A stretch of DNA of 64,000 nucleotides, taken from positions 6,537 to 70,536 of the forward strand of contig JBKBRJ010000005.1 of assembly GCA_046292285.1 (NCBI GenBank), read 5' to 3'. The notes under the pieces are model-generated. The model did not search any database and was not told where the DNA came from. It saw only the letters and a list, made by a program, of their open reading frames with translations. This document shows, piece by piece, positions 29,814-39,754 of this stretch; position 1 is the first letter of the stretch; every line of letters starts with the position of its first letter. The stretch is from Mesorhizobium sp. (GTDB lineage: Bacteria > Pseudomonadota > Alphaproteobacteria > Rhizobiales > Rhizobiaceae). The translations under genes and the position numbers were made by a program.

Positions 29814-30277
29814 GCCTGGACCAGAGACTGGCGATCGGCGAGACGATCGTGCTCGGCCGCCACACCTTCGGCGCCGAGGAGATCAAGGCCTTCGCGGGCA
29901 AGTTCGATCCGCAGCGTTTCCACCTCGACGAGGAGGCGGCGAAGGCCAGCGTCTTCGGGCGGCTCTGCGCCTCGGGCTGGCACACCATCTCGACCTGGAT
30001 GAAGTACAACGCCGCCACCCTGCCTTCGCTGGTCGAACGGTCGAAGGCCTTCGGCGAAGCGATCGAGTTCGGCCCCGCGGCCGGCATCCGCGACCTGAAA
30101 TGGCTGAAGCCCGTCTATGTCGGCGACACGATCACCTTCACCCGCAAGGCGCTCAGCCACCGCCCGCTGGCCTCGCGTCCGGGCTGGCGCATGGTAGCGA
30201 TGGAAAACGAGGCGTTGGATGCGGACGGGACCGTGGTGATGCGCTTCGCGACCATGGTGCTGATGCGGACCGGCTGA
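29810..30277 (+). CDS. MaoC-like (hot-dog fold) dehydratase subunit, paralogue of the preceding gene
   Basis: 155 aa with FAGKFDPQRFHLDEEAAKASVFGRLCASG. Confidence 0.8.
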   Translation: MSLDQRLAIGETIVLGRHTFGAEEIKAFAGKFDPQRFHLDEEAAKASVFGRLCASGWHTISTWMKYNAATLPSLVERSKAFGEAIEFGPAAGIRDLKWLKPVYVGDTITFTRKALSHRPLASRPGWRMVAMENEALDADGTVVMRFATMVLMRTG

Positions 30278-30306
30278 CGCAATCCTTCCGGACCGACCGG
30301 GCGAGG

Positions 30307-30603
30307 TCACATGCCGTAGTGCCAGCTCGGCTTCGGTTCCGTGCCGAGGAACTTGACGCCGATCCGGTCGCCGATCCGCCAGCGCAGGCTGCAGCGGTAG
30401 CCGATGCCGTCGGTCGGCACGTAGAGCAGAAAATTCTCCGGCACGATCGTCGACGGCGGCAGGCGGATTTCCGCGCCGTTCTCATGCATGTTGCGGATCG
30501 TGCAGCTGATCTCGGAATGCTTGATGCCCAGCAGGATCGTCGCGCCCTTGAGCACGCGTCTGCGGTGTTCACGAGCACCGTGGAGAGACGGCTGCGGGAT
30601 CAT
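30307..30603 (-). CDS. Stand-alone PilZ-domain protein
   Basis: 98 aa with an N-terminal EHRRRVLK (RxxxR-like) motif and a later D/NxSxxG-like segment (IRNMHENGAEI). Confidence 0.65.
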   Translation of the reverse strand: MIPQPSLHGAREHRRRVLKGATILLGIKHSEISCTIRNMHENGAEIRLPPSTIVPENFLLYVPTDGIGYRCSLRWRIGDRIGVKFLGTEPKPSWHYGM

Positions 30604-30789
30604 CGAGTTTCTCTTGGCATTGCCCCGTAAGCCTAGCCGCCATTCGTTAATCGCCGGTAAGGATTCGGGCGAACACCAGACTGTTGCGCACGCTTCCGTT
30701 CGGCGCGCTCTCGACCAAGCAGTCAAAGGTCCAGCAACCAGCAGCCAAGCGCGGACCCGATCCGCGCGAATACCGCGGAGGCAGCGTTC

Positions 30790-31335
30790 CTAGTGTCCCT
30801 CGAAGGCGATCAGCGTTCGCACGTCCACGCCCAGCGCCTCGAGCTTCGCGCGACCGCCCAGATCCGGCAGGTCGATGACGAAGCAGGCCGCGACGATGTC
30901 GGCGCCCATCTGGGTCAGCAGCCGGCAGGCGCCCTCGGCCGTTCCGCCCGTGGCGATCAGGTCGTCGACCAGGATCACCTTCTCGCCGGGCTTGACCGCG
31001 TCCCTGTGCATCTCCATCTCGTCGACGCCGTATTCGAGGCTGTAGGCCACGCGCACCGTGTTGTGCGGCAGCTTGCCCTTCTTGCGGATCGGGATGAAAC
31101 CGGCCGACAGCTGGTGGGCGATCGCCCCGCCGAGGATGAAGCCGCGCGCCTCGATCCCGGCGATCTTGTCGATCTTGGTGCCGGCATAGGGATGCACCAG
31201 TTCGTCCACCGCCCGCCGGAAGGCGCGCGCATTGCCGAGCAGCGTGGTGATGTCGCGAAACAGGATTCCGGGCTTGGGATAGTCGGGGATCGTGCGGATC
31301 GCCGACAGGAGCGTCTCTTCGAGGGTGGTTTTCAT
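30790..31335 (-). CDS. apt: Adenine phosphoribosyltransferase
   Basis: [18 protein letters not shown]..., [18 protein letters not shown]-binding motif. Confidence 0.9.
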   Translation of the reverse strand: MKTTLEETLLSAIRTIPDYPKPGILFRDITTLLGNARAFRRAVDELVHPYAGTKIDKIAGIEARGFILGGAIAHQLSAGFIPIRKKGKLPHNTVRVAYSLEYGVDEMEMHRDAVKPGEKVILVDDLIATGGTAEGACRLLTQMGADIVAACFVIDLPDLGGRAKLEALGVDVRTLIAFEGH

Positions 31336-31493
31336 GGGTGCCCGGATCGTTGTGAGTCTTACCGCTCGGCTTCTACCACGTTGCCCGCCCCCGACCACCC
31401 CCGAGAGTCCGGCAACGCGAAGCCGTCATACGCTCCTTGTTGATTGGAAAACGTCGTGGTTCAATGGGGTTGATCAGTTGCGGGAAACCGAAC

Positions 31494-31847
31494 ATGGCAT
31501 CGATGGTACCTGTCGAAGACGTGGCGATCTGGTTCAAGCACGTCAGAGATGCTGGCTTGCGCAGGAAGCTCGACGCGCTGTCGGAAGACGAGATGATCTA
31601 CTTGGAAGTCGGGGGAGTGGTCGGCCGGTGGCGGCGAATGCGTCAGGGCAAAAACCCCAAGCCTACGGAAGCAATAAAGCCGGACGGCTCGATGCAGGCA
31701 ATCTGGAACGAATGGTTCAAGACTCGCAAGGGCGAGACCATCGAAATCCGGGAAGTTACCCTGGCAGACGACTACCTACGGGAAGGTTCAATGCTATTCC
31801 CCGAGTGGAACAGCCCGGAGGACGAGGAAGCATTCCGTGATCTGTGA
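31494..31847 (+). CDS. Putative antitoxin partner of the MazF/PemK toxin (atypical, no fold recognisable by eye)
   Basis: Overlaps the toxin start by 11 nt. The acidic C-terminal tail LFPEWNSPEDEEAFRDL is typical of antitoxin toxin-binding tails. The start is uncertain (TTG 31437, ATG 31494 or ATG 31503). Confidence 0.5.
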   Translation: MASMVPVEDVAIWFKHVRDAGLRRKLDALSEDEMIYLEVGGVVGRWRRMRQGKNPKPTEAIKPDGSMQAIWNEWFKTRKGETIEIREVTLADDYLREGSMLFPEWNSPEDEEAFRDL

Positions 31848-32169
31848 CCGCTACGACATCGTCGTAGTCCCCTTTCCTTTCCATGAAATACCGATCCGCA
31901 AGCGCCGACCGGTCGTCGTCCTGTCGAACGAGGCTTTCAACCGCGACAATGGCTGGACCATTCTCGCCATGGTCACGACCGCGAAGGCGACGCGGTGGGC
32001 ATCGGATACTCCGATCTTGGCATGGCAAATGGCCGGCTTGAACGTCGAATGCGTCATTCGCCTGCGGCTGCAAACGATGCCAAACGACATCATCGATCGT
32101 AAGCTAGGCAGATTGGCCGACCGCGACCGGACGGCCTTGGACAAGCATCTCGCAAGCACGCTGATCTGA
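31837..32169 (+). CDS. PemK/MazF-family toxin
   Basis: YDIVVVPFPFHE...RKRRPVVVLS... matches the MazF/PemK N-terminal beta-strand signature. GTG start; locally reduced GC. Confidence 0.75.
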   Translation: MICDRYDIVVVPFPFHEIPIRKRRPVVVLSNEAFNRDNGWTILAMVTTAKATRWASDTPILAWQMAGLNVECVIRLRLQTMPNDIIDRKLGRLADRDRTALDKHLASTLI

Positions 32170-32232
32170 ACGAAAAAAGGGCGCCCGATTGGACGCCCTT
32201 CCTGTTCGTTCGTCGCACGGACGGTCTTTTGC

Positions 32233-33084
32233 TCAGTGCGCGACTTCGGTCCAGACCTTGCGCTTGGTCAGGTAGACCAGGCCGGCGAAGATCATGAGGA
32301 AGATCATCACCCGGAAACCCGTCTTCTTGCGCTCCTCGAGATGCGGCTCGGCCGCCCACATCAGGAAAGCGGAGACGTCGCGGGAGTACTGGTCGATCGT
32401 CTCCGGCGAGCCATCCTCGTAGGTCACCTGGCCGTCGGAGATCGGCTGCGCCATCGCGAGCGACTTCCCCGCGATGAAGTACGGGTTGTAGTAGGTGCCT
32501 TCCGAGATCTCCATGCCTTCCGGCGGCTCCATCTCGTAGCCGGTCAGCAGGGCGTGGATGTAATCCGGGCCCGATTCGGCATACTGGGTGAAGACGTCGA
32601 AGACGAAGGTCGGGAAACCGCGCTCCACCGCGCGCGCCTTGGCGATCAGCGAGAAGTCGGGCGGAGCGGCGCCACCATTGGCCGCGGCCGCGGCTTCGTC
32701 GTTGGGGAACGGCGAGGGGAAATGGTCCGACGGAAGGCCCGGCCGCTCGAATATCTCGCCGTCGGCATTCGGGCCGTCGGTGATGGTGTAGTCGGCCGCG
32801 ATGGCCTTCACCTGCGCCTCCGAATAGCCAAGCCCCTCCAGCGTGCGGAAGGCCACGAGCTTCATGGAATGGCAGGCGGCGCAGACCTCGCGATAGACCT
32901 TGAAGCCGCGCTGCAACTGGCCCTTGTCGTATGTGCCGAACGGACCCGCGAAGGACCAGTCCATCTCCTGCGGCTTCAGGATCGGGAAGTGGGTCGGCTC
33001 ACCCTCGGCCCCGCCGGCGGCGAGTGCCGCCGAAGCCGAGACCATCAGGCCCACCGCCGCCAGACCGCTCAGAATCGTCTTCAT
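32233..33084 (-). CDS. petC: Cytochrome c1
   Basis: Signal peptide, CAACH haem-binding motif and a C-terminal TM anchor. Confidence 0.9.
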   Translation of the reverse strand: MKTILSGLAAVGLMVSASAALAAGGAEGEPTHFPILKPQEMDWSFAGPFGTYDKGQLQRGFKVYREVCAACHSMKLVAFRTLEGLGYSEAQVKAIAADYTITDGPNADGEIFERPGLPSDHFPSPFPNDEAAAAANGGAAPPDFSLIAKARAVERGFPTFVFDVFTQYAESGPDYIHALLTGYEMEPPEGMEISEGTYYNPYFIAGKSLAMAQPISDGQVTYEDGSPETIDQYSRDVSAFLMWAAEPHLEERKKTGFRVMIFLMIFAGLVYLTKRKVWTEVAH

Positions 33085-33115
33085 TCGAAAAGTCCTTTCA
33101 GATTCCAAGGTCGGC

Positions 33116-34420
33116 TCAGGCGCGCTTCTCGGGGGCGGCGGCGGCGCCTTCCGGCGTCACCGTCGCACTGCCCTTGGCCTTCGCCAGTACGGCCTCGGTT
33201 ATCGAGTTCGGCAGGCGGCGCGGCGTTTCGATGAGACCGAGCAGCGGCATGATGATGATGAAGAAGCCGAAGTAGTAGAGGGTCGAGAGCTGCATCGCCG
33301 GGATGTACCAGCCTTCGGCGGGCCGCGATCCGAGCCAGCCAAGGAAGATGGCGTTGATCACGAAGAGCCAGAAGAACAGCTTGTACCAGGGACGGTAGAC
33401 CGCCGAGCGTACCTTCGACGTGTCGAGCCACGGCACCACGAACAGCACCGCGATGGCGCCGAACATGGCGAGCACGCCGCCAAGCTTGGAGTCGATCGGT
33501 CCGATGTTGAAGGTAATGGCGCGCAGGATCGCGTAGAAGGGCAAGAAGTACCACTCCGGAACGATGTGCGCCGGCGTCTTCAGCGAGTTCGCGACGGTGT
33601 AGTTGTCCGGATGGCCGAGGAAGTTCGGGATGTAGAATACGAAGTAGGCGAAGACCGCGAGGAACACGACCATGGCGAAGCCATCCTTGATGGTCGCATA
33701 GGGCGTGAAGGCCACGGTGTCCGTCTTCGACTTCACCTCGATGCCAGTCGGGTTGGTCTGGCCCGTCACGTGCAGCGCCCACACATGCAGGATCACCACG
33801 CCCGCGATCATGAAGGGCAGGAGATAGTGCAGCGAGTAGAAGCGGTTCAGCGTCGGGTTGTCGACGGCGAAGCCGCCGAGCAGGAGCTGCTGGATCCACT
33901 CGCCGACCAGCGGGATCGCGGTGAAGAAGCCGGTGATGACGGTCGCCCCCCAGAAGGACATCTGGCCCCAGGGCAGAACGTAGCCCATGAAGGCAGTCGC
34001 CATCATCAGGAGATAGATGATGCAGCCGAGGATCCACAAGAGTTCGCGCGGCGCCTTGTAGGAGCCATAGTAGAGGCCGCGGAAGATGTGGATGTAGACG
34101 GCGATGAAGAAGAACGACGCGCCGTTGGCGTGCAGGTAGCGCAGCAGCCAGCCCGAGTTCACGTCGCGCATGATCTTCTCGACGGAGGTGAACGCGATCT
34201 CGATGTTGGCCGCATAGTGCATGGCGAGCACGACGCCCGTCAGGATCTGCACCACCAGCATGATCGAGAGAATGCCGCCGAACGTGTAGGCGTAGTTCAG
34301 GTTGCGCGGCACCGGATAGGCCACGAAGCTGTCATAGACGAGCCTCGGCAGGGGCAGGCGCTTGTCTACCCAGCGTCCGATACCCGAGGAGGGCGTGTAG
34401 GTCGAATGTCCACCGGCCAT
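33116..34420 (-). CDS. petB: Cytochrome b
   Basis: [12 protein letters not shown]..., [25 protein letters not shown] motifs. Start re-set to MAGGHSTY; the 563-aa longest ORF is an artefactual extension. Confidence 0.93.
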   Translation of the reverse strand: MAGGHSTYTPSSGIGRWVDKRLPLPRLVYDSFVAYPVPRNLNYAYTFGGILSIMLVVQILTGVVLAMHYAANIEIAFTSVEKIMRDVNSGWLLRYLHANGASFFFIAVYIHIFRGLYYGSYKAPRELLWILGCIIYLLMMATAFMGYVLPWGQMSFWGATVITGFFTAIPLVGEWIQQLLLGGFAVDNPTLNRFYSLHYLLPFMIAGVVILHVWALHVTGQTNPTGIEVKSKTDTVAFTPYATIKDGFAMVVFLAVFAYFVFYIPNFLGHPDNYTVANSLKTPAHIVPEWYFLPFYAILRAITFNIGPIDSKLGGVLAMFGAIAVLFVVPWLDTSKVRSAVYRPWYKLFFWLFVINAIFLGWLGSRPAEGWYIPAMQLSTLYYFGFFIIIMPLLGLIETPRRLPNSITEAVLAKAKGSATVTPEGAAAAPEKRA

Positions 34421-34440
34421 GTTGTTCGCTCCCCTGAGAC

Positions 34441-35004
34441 TCAGCCGATCCGAATGGTCGTGTCGGAAATGAAGGAAAAAGTCGGTATCGGCAGGTTCGT
34501 CGGCGCCGGACCCGTGCGGATTCGGCCGGCCGTGTCGTAATGCGAGCCGTGGCAAGGGCAGAACCAGCCGCCGAAATTGCCGGCCTGGCCGAGCGGCACG
34601 CAGCCGAGATGGGTACAGGAACCGATCATGACGATCCAGTTCTCGCGACCCTCGCCGCCCGAACGATCCTCGCTCGTGGCGGGCGCGTCGGCGGGAAGGT
34701 TGTCGTTGCGGGCGATCGGATCCTTCAACTCGCTGAGCGGCGTGGCGCGCGCTTCCTCGAGTTCCTGCGCCGTGCGGTTGCGGATGAACACCGGCTTGCC
34801 GCGCCATTTCGCGGTGATCGACATGCCCTCCTCGATCGCCGAGACGTCCACTTCGATCGTCGCGAGCGCGAGCGTCGAAGCATCCGGCCGCATCTGGTCG
34901 ATGAACGGCCAGACGGCGCCGGCCGCGCCGACGACGGCGGCGGTGCCGGTCGCCACATACAGGAAGTCCCTGCGATTGGGTTCAGTGGTGTCGTGTGCGC
35001 TCAC
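34441..35004 (-). CDS. petA: Ubiquinol-cytochrome c reductase Rieske iron-sulfur subunit
   Basis: Tat motif RRDFLY, with Rieske boxes CTHLGC and CPCHGS. The GTG at 35004 is preferred because a GAGAGGA SD lies 9-15 nt upstream. Confidence 0.9.
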   Translation of the reverse strand: MSAHDTTEPNRRDFLYVATGTAAVVGAAGAVWPFIDQMRPDASTLALATIEVDVSAIEEGMSITAKWRGKPVFIRNRTAQELEEARATPLSELKDPIARNDNLPADAPATSEDRSGGEGRENWIVMIGSCTHLGCVPLGQAGNFGGWFCPCHGSHYDTAGRIRTGPAPTNLPIPTFSFISDTTIRIG

Positions 35005-35253
35005 GGGCCCTATTCCTCTCGCCACTCTTCACCGGCGCGGGCTTCCGCTTCCCTGGGTGGGTGGCCAGACCGCGTAACCATGGCTACGCGACCGGCAGGA
35101 ATCCCCCGGCGATTGGCGTGGTTTCTAGGCGCGATGCCTTATCTTGTCCATATGATAGCCGCGCGGGTGGGCAGTTTGTCGCGGGGTTTTTGGTGCGACG
35201 GCAAAACGGCCGCGCCGCGAGGCCGCAAAGCCTTGCGCGAGACGCCGCTTGGA

Positions 35254-35556
35254 TCATCGCGCGCCGAGCCTGGCCAGCACCTCGCGCGGGATGCGAAACT
35301 GCGCGATCACGTCGTGATGGCGCCTGAAACCGCACAGTTCGCGCTGTACGAAATAGGCGTAGACCGCGTCGGCCGCCTGGGCGACGAGCCGCTTTCGGGC
35401 GTCATCGTCGCCGACATGCCGTTCGAGCGCGGCGATCGTCTTCTCGACCTTGTCGCCGGCCCGCCCCAGCGACGCGGCCTTCTCGGCCACGATCTCGACG
35501 CCCAGAGGATCGAGAAAGCTGTCCTGGGCCTTCAAATCCGGCAGACGCAGCGACAC
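35254..35556 (-). CDS. Small conserved-looking hypothetical protein trailing the ABC exporter pair
   Basis: 100-aa ORF starting 6 nt after the ABC gene's stop. Balanced, non-repetitive composition. A hairpin plus UUUU lies downstream (about 35208..35232). Confidence 0.5.
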   Translation of the reverse strand: MSLRLPDLKAQDSFLDPLGVEIVAEKAASLGRAGDKVEKTIAALERHVGDDDARKRLVAQAADAVYAYFVQRELCGFRRHHDVIAQFRIPREVLARLGAR

Positions 35557-35562
35557 CGATCG

Positions 35563-37455
35563 TCACTCCGCCGCCAGGCTGCTCGGCAGGAAGCCGCCGG
35601 ACTGCCGCTTCCACAGCTGGGCGTAGAGACCGTCGCGGGCGAGCAACTCATCATGCGTCCCCTCCTCCACCACCCGTCCCTCGTCGAGCACGATCAGCCG
35701 GTCGAGCGCGGCGATGGTGGAGAGACGGTGGGCGATGGCGATCACGGTGCGACCGTCCATCATCCGGCCGAGATTGTCCTGGATCGCCGCCTCGACCTCC
35801 GAATCGAGCGCCGACGTCGCCTCGTCGAGGATCAGCACGGGCGCGTCCTTCAGCATCATGCGCGCGATGGCGATTCGCTGCCGCTGCCCGCCCGAGAGCT
35901 TCACCCCGCGCTCCCCGACATAGGCCGCAAGCCCCTCGCGGCCTTTCGGATCGCGAACGCCGGCGATGAAATCGAGGGCCGCCGCCTTCCGCGCCGCTTC
36001 CGCGATTTCGGCCTCGCTCGCCCCCGGTCGGCCATAGCCGATGTTGTCTCTGATCGAGCGGTGCATCAGCATCGGCTCCTGGCTGACGACGCCGAACTGC
36101 GCCCGCAGCGACGCCTGCGTGAAGGTGCGTATGTCCATGCCGTCAAGCAGGATGCGGCCCTGCTCCACGTCGAACAGCCGCAGGAGCAGGTTGACGATGG
36201 TCGTCTTGCCAGCGCCCGACGGGCCGACCAGCGCGACCCGTTCGCCCGGACGGATATGGAGGTTCAGGTCCGAAAGAACGCCCTGGCCCTTGCCATAGTG
36301 GAACGTGACGTTCTCGAAGCGGATGTCGCCCTTCGTGCGCGGCGCGGCCACCGCGCCCGGCCGGTCGCGGATCGCCGGCTCGACCGAGAGCGTCCCGGTC
36401 GCGTCCTGCACCGTGGCGTAGGACCGGATCAGGCCGTTGATGTTGAACATCATCCAGCTCGACATGTTGTTCAGCCGGAAGACGAGGCCGAGCGCCGCCG
36501 CCACCGCCCCGGTCGAGATCGACCCCTGTGTCCAGCCGATGACAGCGAGAGCGCCGATCGCGGCCATCATCGCCCCGTTAAGAAGGTTCACGGCCGCGCG
36601 CACGCTGGTGATGTTGCGCGTCAGCCGGGTCACCGCGCGGTAGTAGTTCGACAGCCCCTCGCGCACGAAGGCATGCTCGCGCCGGCCCGAATCGAACAGC
36701 TTCACCGCCATGATGTTGGTGAAGGAATCGACCATGCGGCCCGAGAAGATCGAGCGTTGGTCGGCCGTCGCGCGGCCGGCCTTGCGCAGTTCGGGCAGCA
36801 GATAGCGGATGATCAGCCCGTAGCCGCCGCACCATACGAGGAGCACCAGCCCCATCAGCGGATCAAGCGCTGCGAGCAGCGCCGCCGCCAGGAACAGGAA
36901 GGTCACGAAGGACCAGATCGACTGGAGCACGGAGACGATGAAGTCTCCCACCGCCTCGCCGCCCTGCATGATCTTCTGCGCGATGCGGCCGGCGAAATCG
37001 TTCTGGTAGAACTCGTAGGGCTGTTCGATGACCCGCCGGAACGCCTGCCAGCGCACCATCGAGAAGAAGGCGGGCACGATGATCTGCTGTTCGACGAGCG
37101 CCGAGCCGATCATCACCGCCGAGCGGACGACGAAGACGAGGATTACCAGGCCGACGAGTTCGGGCCAGTGCGCGGCCACCAGGTGCGCGGGATCGGACCG
37201 ATCGAGCAGGTCGACGAGCCAGCCGATCGACCAGTAGAGCGCCGCGTCGACCGCGCCGACGAGACCGCCCATGATCAGGAGCAGCACGAAAGGCCCCTTC
37301 GCCTGCCGGGCGAAGTAGAGGATGAAGCTCCACGCGTCTTTCGGCAACACCTCGCGATCGGTGTCGTGGAAGGGATCGAGGACTCCTTCCACGCGCCGCC
37401 AGAACCTTTCCCGGAGGCCGACCCCCTCCCCGTCGTCATCGCCGATGGTCGTCAT
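35563..37455 (-). CDS. ABC exporter, fused permease/ATPase half-transporter (MsbA/type IV exporter fold)
   Basis: 6-TM domain followed by Walker A GPSGAGKTT, signature LSGGQRQR and Walker B ILILDEATSALD. Confidence 0.9.
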   Translation of the reverse strand: MTTIGDDDGEGVGLRERFWRRVEGVLDPFHDTDREVLPKDAWSFILYFARQAKGPFVLLLIMGGLVGAVDAALYWSIGWLVDLLDRSDPAHLVAAHWPELVGLVILVFVVRSAVMIGSALVEQQIIVPAFFSMVRWQAFRRVIEQPYEFYQNDFAGRIAQKIMQGGEAVGDFIVSVLQSIWSFVTFLFLAAALLAALDPLMGLVLLVWCGGYGLIIRYLLPELRKAGRATADQRSIFSGRMVDSFTNIMAVKLFDSGRREHAFVREGLSNYYRAVTRLTRNITSVRAAVNLLNGAMMAAIGALAVIGWTQGSISTGAVAAALGLVFRLNNMSSWMMFNINGLIRSYATVQDATGTLSVEPAIRDRPGAVAAPRTKGDIRFENVTFHYGKGQGVLSDLNLHIRPGERVALVGPSGAGKTTIVNLLLRLFDVEQGRILLDGMDIRTFTQASLRAQFGVVSQEPMLMHRSIRDNIGYGRPGASEAEIAEAARKAAALDFIAGVRDPKGREGLAAYVGERGVKLSGGQRQRIAIARMMLKDAPVLILDEATSALDSEVEAAIQDNLGRMMDGRTVIAIAHRLSTIAALDRLIVLDEGRVVEEGTHDELLARDGLYAQLWKRQSGGFLPSSLAAE

Positions 37456-37513
37456 GTCGCCTTTCTTCGCGAAGTTGGAGAAGCGGCCGCGCCGATACCG
37501 GCCGCCCGCCTCG

Positions 37514-39361
37514 TCATTCGGCCGCCAGCGCCTCGCCGGGATCGAGGAAGCCGCCGGACTGGTGCTCCCACAACTGGGCGTAAAGGCCGCCGCGCGCGAT
37601 CAGTTCCTCGTGCGTGCCCTCCTCGATCACCTGTCCCTTGTCGAGCACCACGAGTCGGTCCATCGCGGCGATGGTGGACAGCCGGTGCGCGATGGCGATC
37701 ACCGTCTTTCCCTCCATCAGGCGATAGAGGTTTTCCTGGATCGCCACCTCGACCTCCGAATCGAGCGCGGACGTCGCCTCGTCCAGTATGAGGATCGGCG
37801 CGTCCTTGAGCATCACCCGCGCGATGGCGATTCTTTGGCGCTGGCCGCCGGAGAGCTTTACGCCGCGCTCGCCGACATGGGCGTCGAAGCCCCTGCGGCC
37901 CTTCGGATCGCCGAGCGTGGCGATGAAGTCGACCGCCTCGGCTTTGCGCGCCGCCTCGAGCATCATCTCCTCGGTGGCGTCCGGGCGCCCGTAGAGGATG
38001 TTGTCGCGCACAGATCGATGCAGGAGGGACGTGTCCTGCGTCACCATGCCGATGTTGGCGCGCAGGCTGTCCTGCGTGACGGCGGAGATGTCCTGCCCGT
38101 CGATGAGGATGCGCCCGCTCTCGATGTCGTAGAAGCGCAGCAGGAGGTTGACCAGCGTCGACTTGCCGGCACCCGACCGGCCGACGAGGCCGACCTTCTC
38201 GCCCGGACGGATGGTGAAGGCCAGCTTGTCGATGACGCCCTTCTGCTTGCCGTAGTGGAAGCGCACGTCCTCGAAGCGGATTTCGCCCCTGTCGACGACG
38301 AGGTCCTTGGCGCCGGGCTTGTCCTCGACGAGGCGCGGCATCGAGATCGAGTTGATGCCGTCCTGGACAGTGCCGATGTTCTCGAACAGGGCCGAAAGCT
38401 CCCACATGATCCACTGCGACATGCCCCACAGGCGCAGCACCAGCGCGAGCGCCACCGCGATCGCGCCGACCGACACGGCCTCGTCGAGCCACAGCCAGAT
38501 GCCGACGGTCCCCACGAGGAACAGGCACAGCGAGTTCAGCATGTAGAGCATGCCGTAGAGGCCGGTCACCAGCCGCATCTGGGCGTAGACGGTATCGAGG
38601 AAGCCGCGCATGCCGTCGCGCGCGAAGCTGGCCTCGCGGCGGGCATGCGAGAACAGCTTGACCGTCTGGATGTTGGTGTAGCTGTCTACCACGCGCCCGG
38701 TCATCATCGACCGCGCGTCCGCCTGCTCCTCGGCCACCTTGCCCAGGCGGGGGACGAAGTAGCGCATGAGCAGGACGTAGCAGACCAGCCAGCCCGCAAT
38801 CGGCGCGGCAAGGCGCAGGTCGGCCGAACCGACGATGAACAGCACGCCCAGGAAGTAGACGACGACGTAGTTCATGACGTCGATGAGCTTGATGACGCAT
38901 TCGCGCACGGCCAGCGCCGTCTGCATCAGCTTGGTGGCGATGCGGCCGGCGAACTCGTCCTGGTAGAAGGTCATCGACTGCTTGAGCAGGTAGCGGTGCA
39001 CCTGCCAGCGGATGCGCATGGGATAGTTGCCCATCAGCACCTGCTGGTTGATCAGCGAATGGAACCAGACCATCAGCGGCAGGCCGACCAGCACCAGCGC
39101 CGCCATCAGCGCAAGCGACAGACCTTCGTCGCGCAGGAACGTCTCCCGGTCGCGCACGGCGAGCCAGTCGACGATGTTGCCGACGAAGGAGAACATCCAG
39201 ACCTCGGTGATGGCGATCAGCGACATCAGGATCGCCGACGGCGCCAGCCAGCGCCACGACCCCCTGGTGTAGTGCAGGCAGAAGGCGACGAGCGTCTTCG
39301 GCGGCTCCAGCGGCTCCTCGGCGGGAAACGGATCGAGTCGGGTCTCAAACCAGCGGAACAT
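37514..39361 (-). CDS. ABC exporter, fused permease/ATPase half-transporter; likely heterodimer partner
   Basis: 6-TM domain followed by GRSGAGKST, LSGGQRQR and ILILDEATSALD. It lies 58 nt upstream of its paralogue. Confidence 0.9.
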   Translation of the reverse strand: MFRWFETRLDPFPAEEPLEPPKTLVAFCLHYTRGSWRWLAPSAILMSLIAITEVWMFSFVGNIVDWLAVRDRETFLRDEGLSLALMAALVLVGLPLMVWFHSLINQQVLMGNYPMRIRWQVHRYLLKQSMTFYQDEFAGRIATKLMQTALAVRECVIKLIDVMNYVVVYFLGVLFIVGSADLRLAAPIAGWLVCYVLLMRYFVPRLGKVAEEQADARSMMTGRVVDSYTNIQTVKLFSHARREASFARDGMRGFLDTVYAQMRLVTGLYGMLYMLNSLCLFLVGTVGIWLWLDEAVSVGAIAVALALVLRLWGMSQWIMWELSALFENIGTVQDGINSISMPRLVEDKPGAKDLVVDRGEIRFEDVRFHYGKQKGVIDKLAFTIRPGEKVGLVGRSGAGKSTLVNLLLRFYDIESGRILIDGQDISAVTQDSLRANIGMVTQDTSLLHRSVRDNILYGRPDATEEMMLEAARKAEAVDFIATLGDPKGRRGFDAHVGERGVKLSGGQRQRIAIARVMLKDAPILILDEATSALDSEVEVAIQENLYRLMEGKTVIAIAHRLSTIAAMDRLVVLDKGQVIEEGTHEELIARGGLYAQLWEHQSGGFLDPGEALAAE

Positions 39362-39697
39362 GGCATTCGTCTTTCGAAACAGGGTCTTGCCGACGGGGGC
39401 GGAATCGCGATGCGAGACAGGCCCTCACATCCGCGCTGGCAGGGTGGAAGATGGAGGATCGCGGCGCCGGGGCAAGCGGCACCCGTCGAGGCTCCCGCCA
39501 ATGCGGTGTCAGCAGGTGATCGGGCCACGCCGGTCCCCACGAGGCGGCCGGCGTGAAATCGGCAAATGTTCGGCGAAGCCGCCGATGGCGCGAAAGCTGT
39601 GTCATGGCACGAAATCCGGAGATCGTCGGAACGGGTTCCGGCGGGATTCGGGCGATGACGTCAGTCTGTGTGAGAGTTCGTCGGTCCGAAGCCGCCG

Positions 39698-39754
39698 TCA
39701 GAGCGGGCGCGCGAGGCGCAGGCAGAAGGATGATGCGATCATGATGACGTCCAT
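39698..39754 (-). CDS. Candidate 18-codon upstream ORF (leader peptide) of the ABC exporter operon
   Basis: AGGAGG-cagga-ATG, then MDVIMIASSFCLRLARPL and a stop. It sits at the 5' end of the 390-nt untranslated region preceding the gene at 37514..39361. Confidence 0.3.
   Translation of the reverse strand: MDVIMIASSFCLRLARPL

Noticed and set aside
29346-30277. The two adjacent MaoC genes as a split or frameshifted pseudogene of one larger gene.
   Set aside because: Both ORFs are intact and the same length (155 aa). Each carries its own hot-dog motif and they are joined by an ATGA overlap. This is the normal arrangement for heteromeric MaoC-type hydratases.
34540-37791. Very long antisense ORFs. 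Examples: 34540..37791 (1083 aa), 37322..39556 (744 aa), 47350..50487 (1045 aa), 46801..47442 (the extension of the 1162-aa ORF), 6953..9016 (687 aa), 58811..61000 (729 aa), 252..1817 (521 aa) and 50210..51388.
   Set aside because: They lie opposite to, or out of frame with, genes that have unmistakable family motifs (ABC exporters, BatA/DUF4159 protein, ngg, leuA, ilvE). Their translations are low-complexity and rich in Arg/Ala/Gly/Pro/Asp, as expected for stop-codon-poor frames in GC-rich DNA. No start signals are visible.
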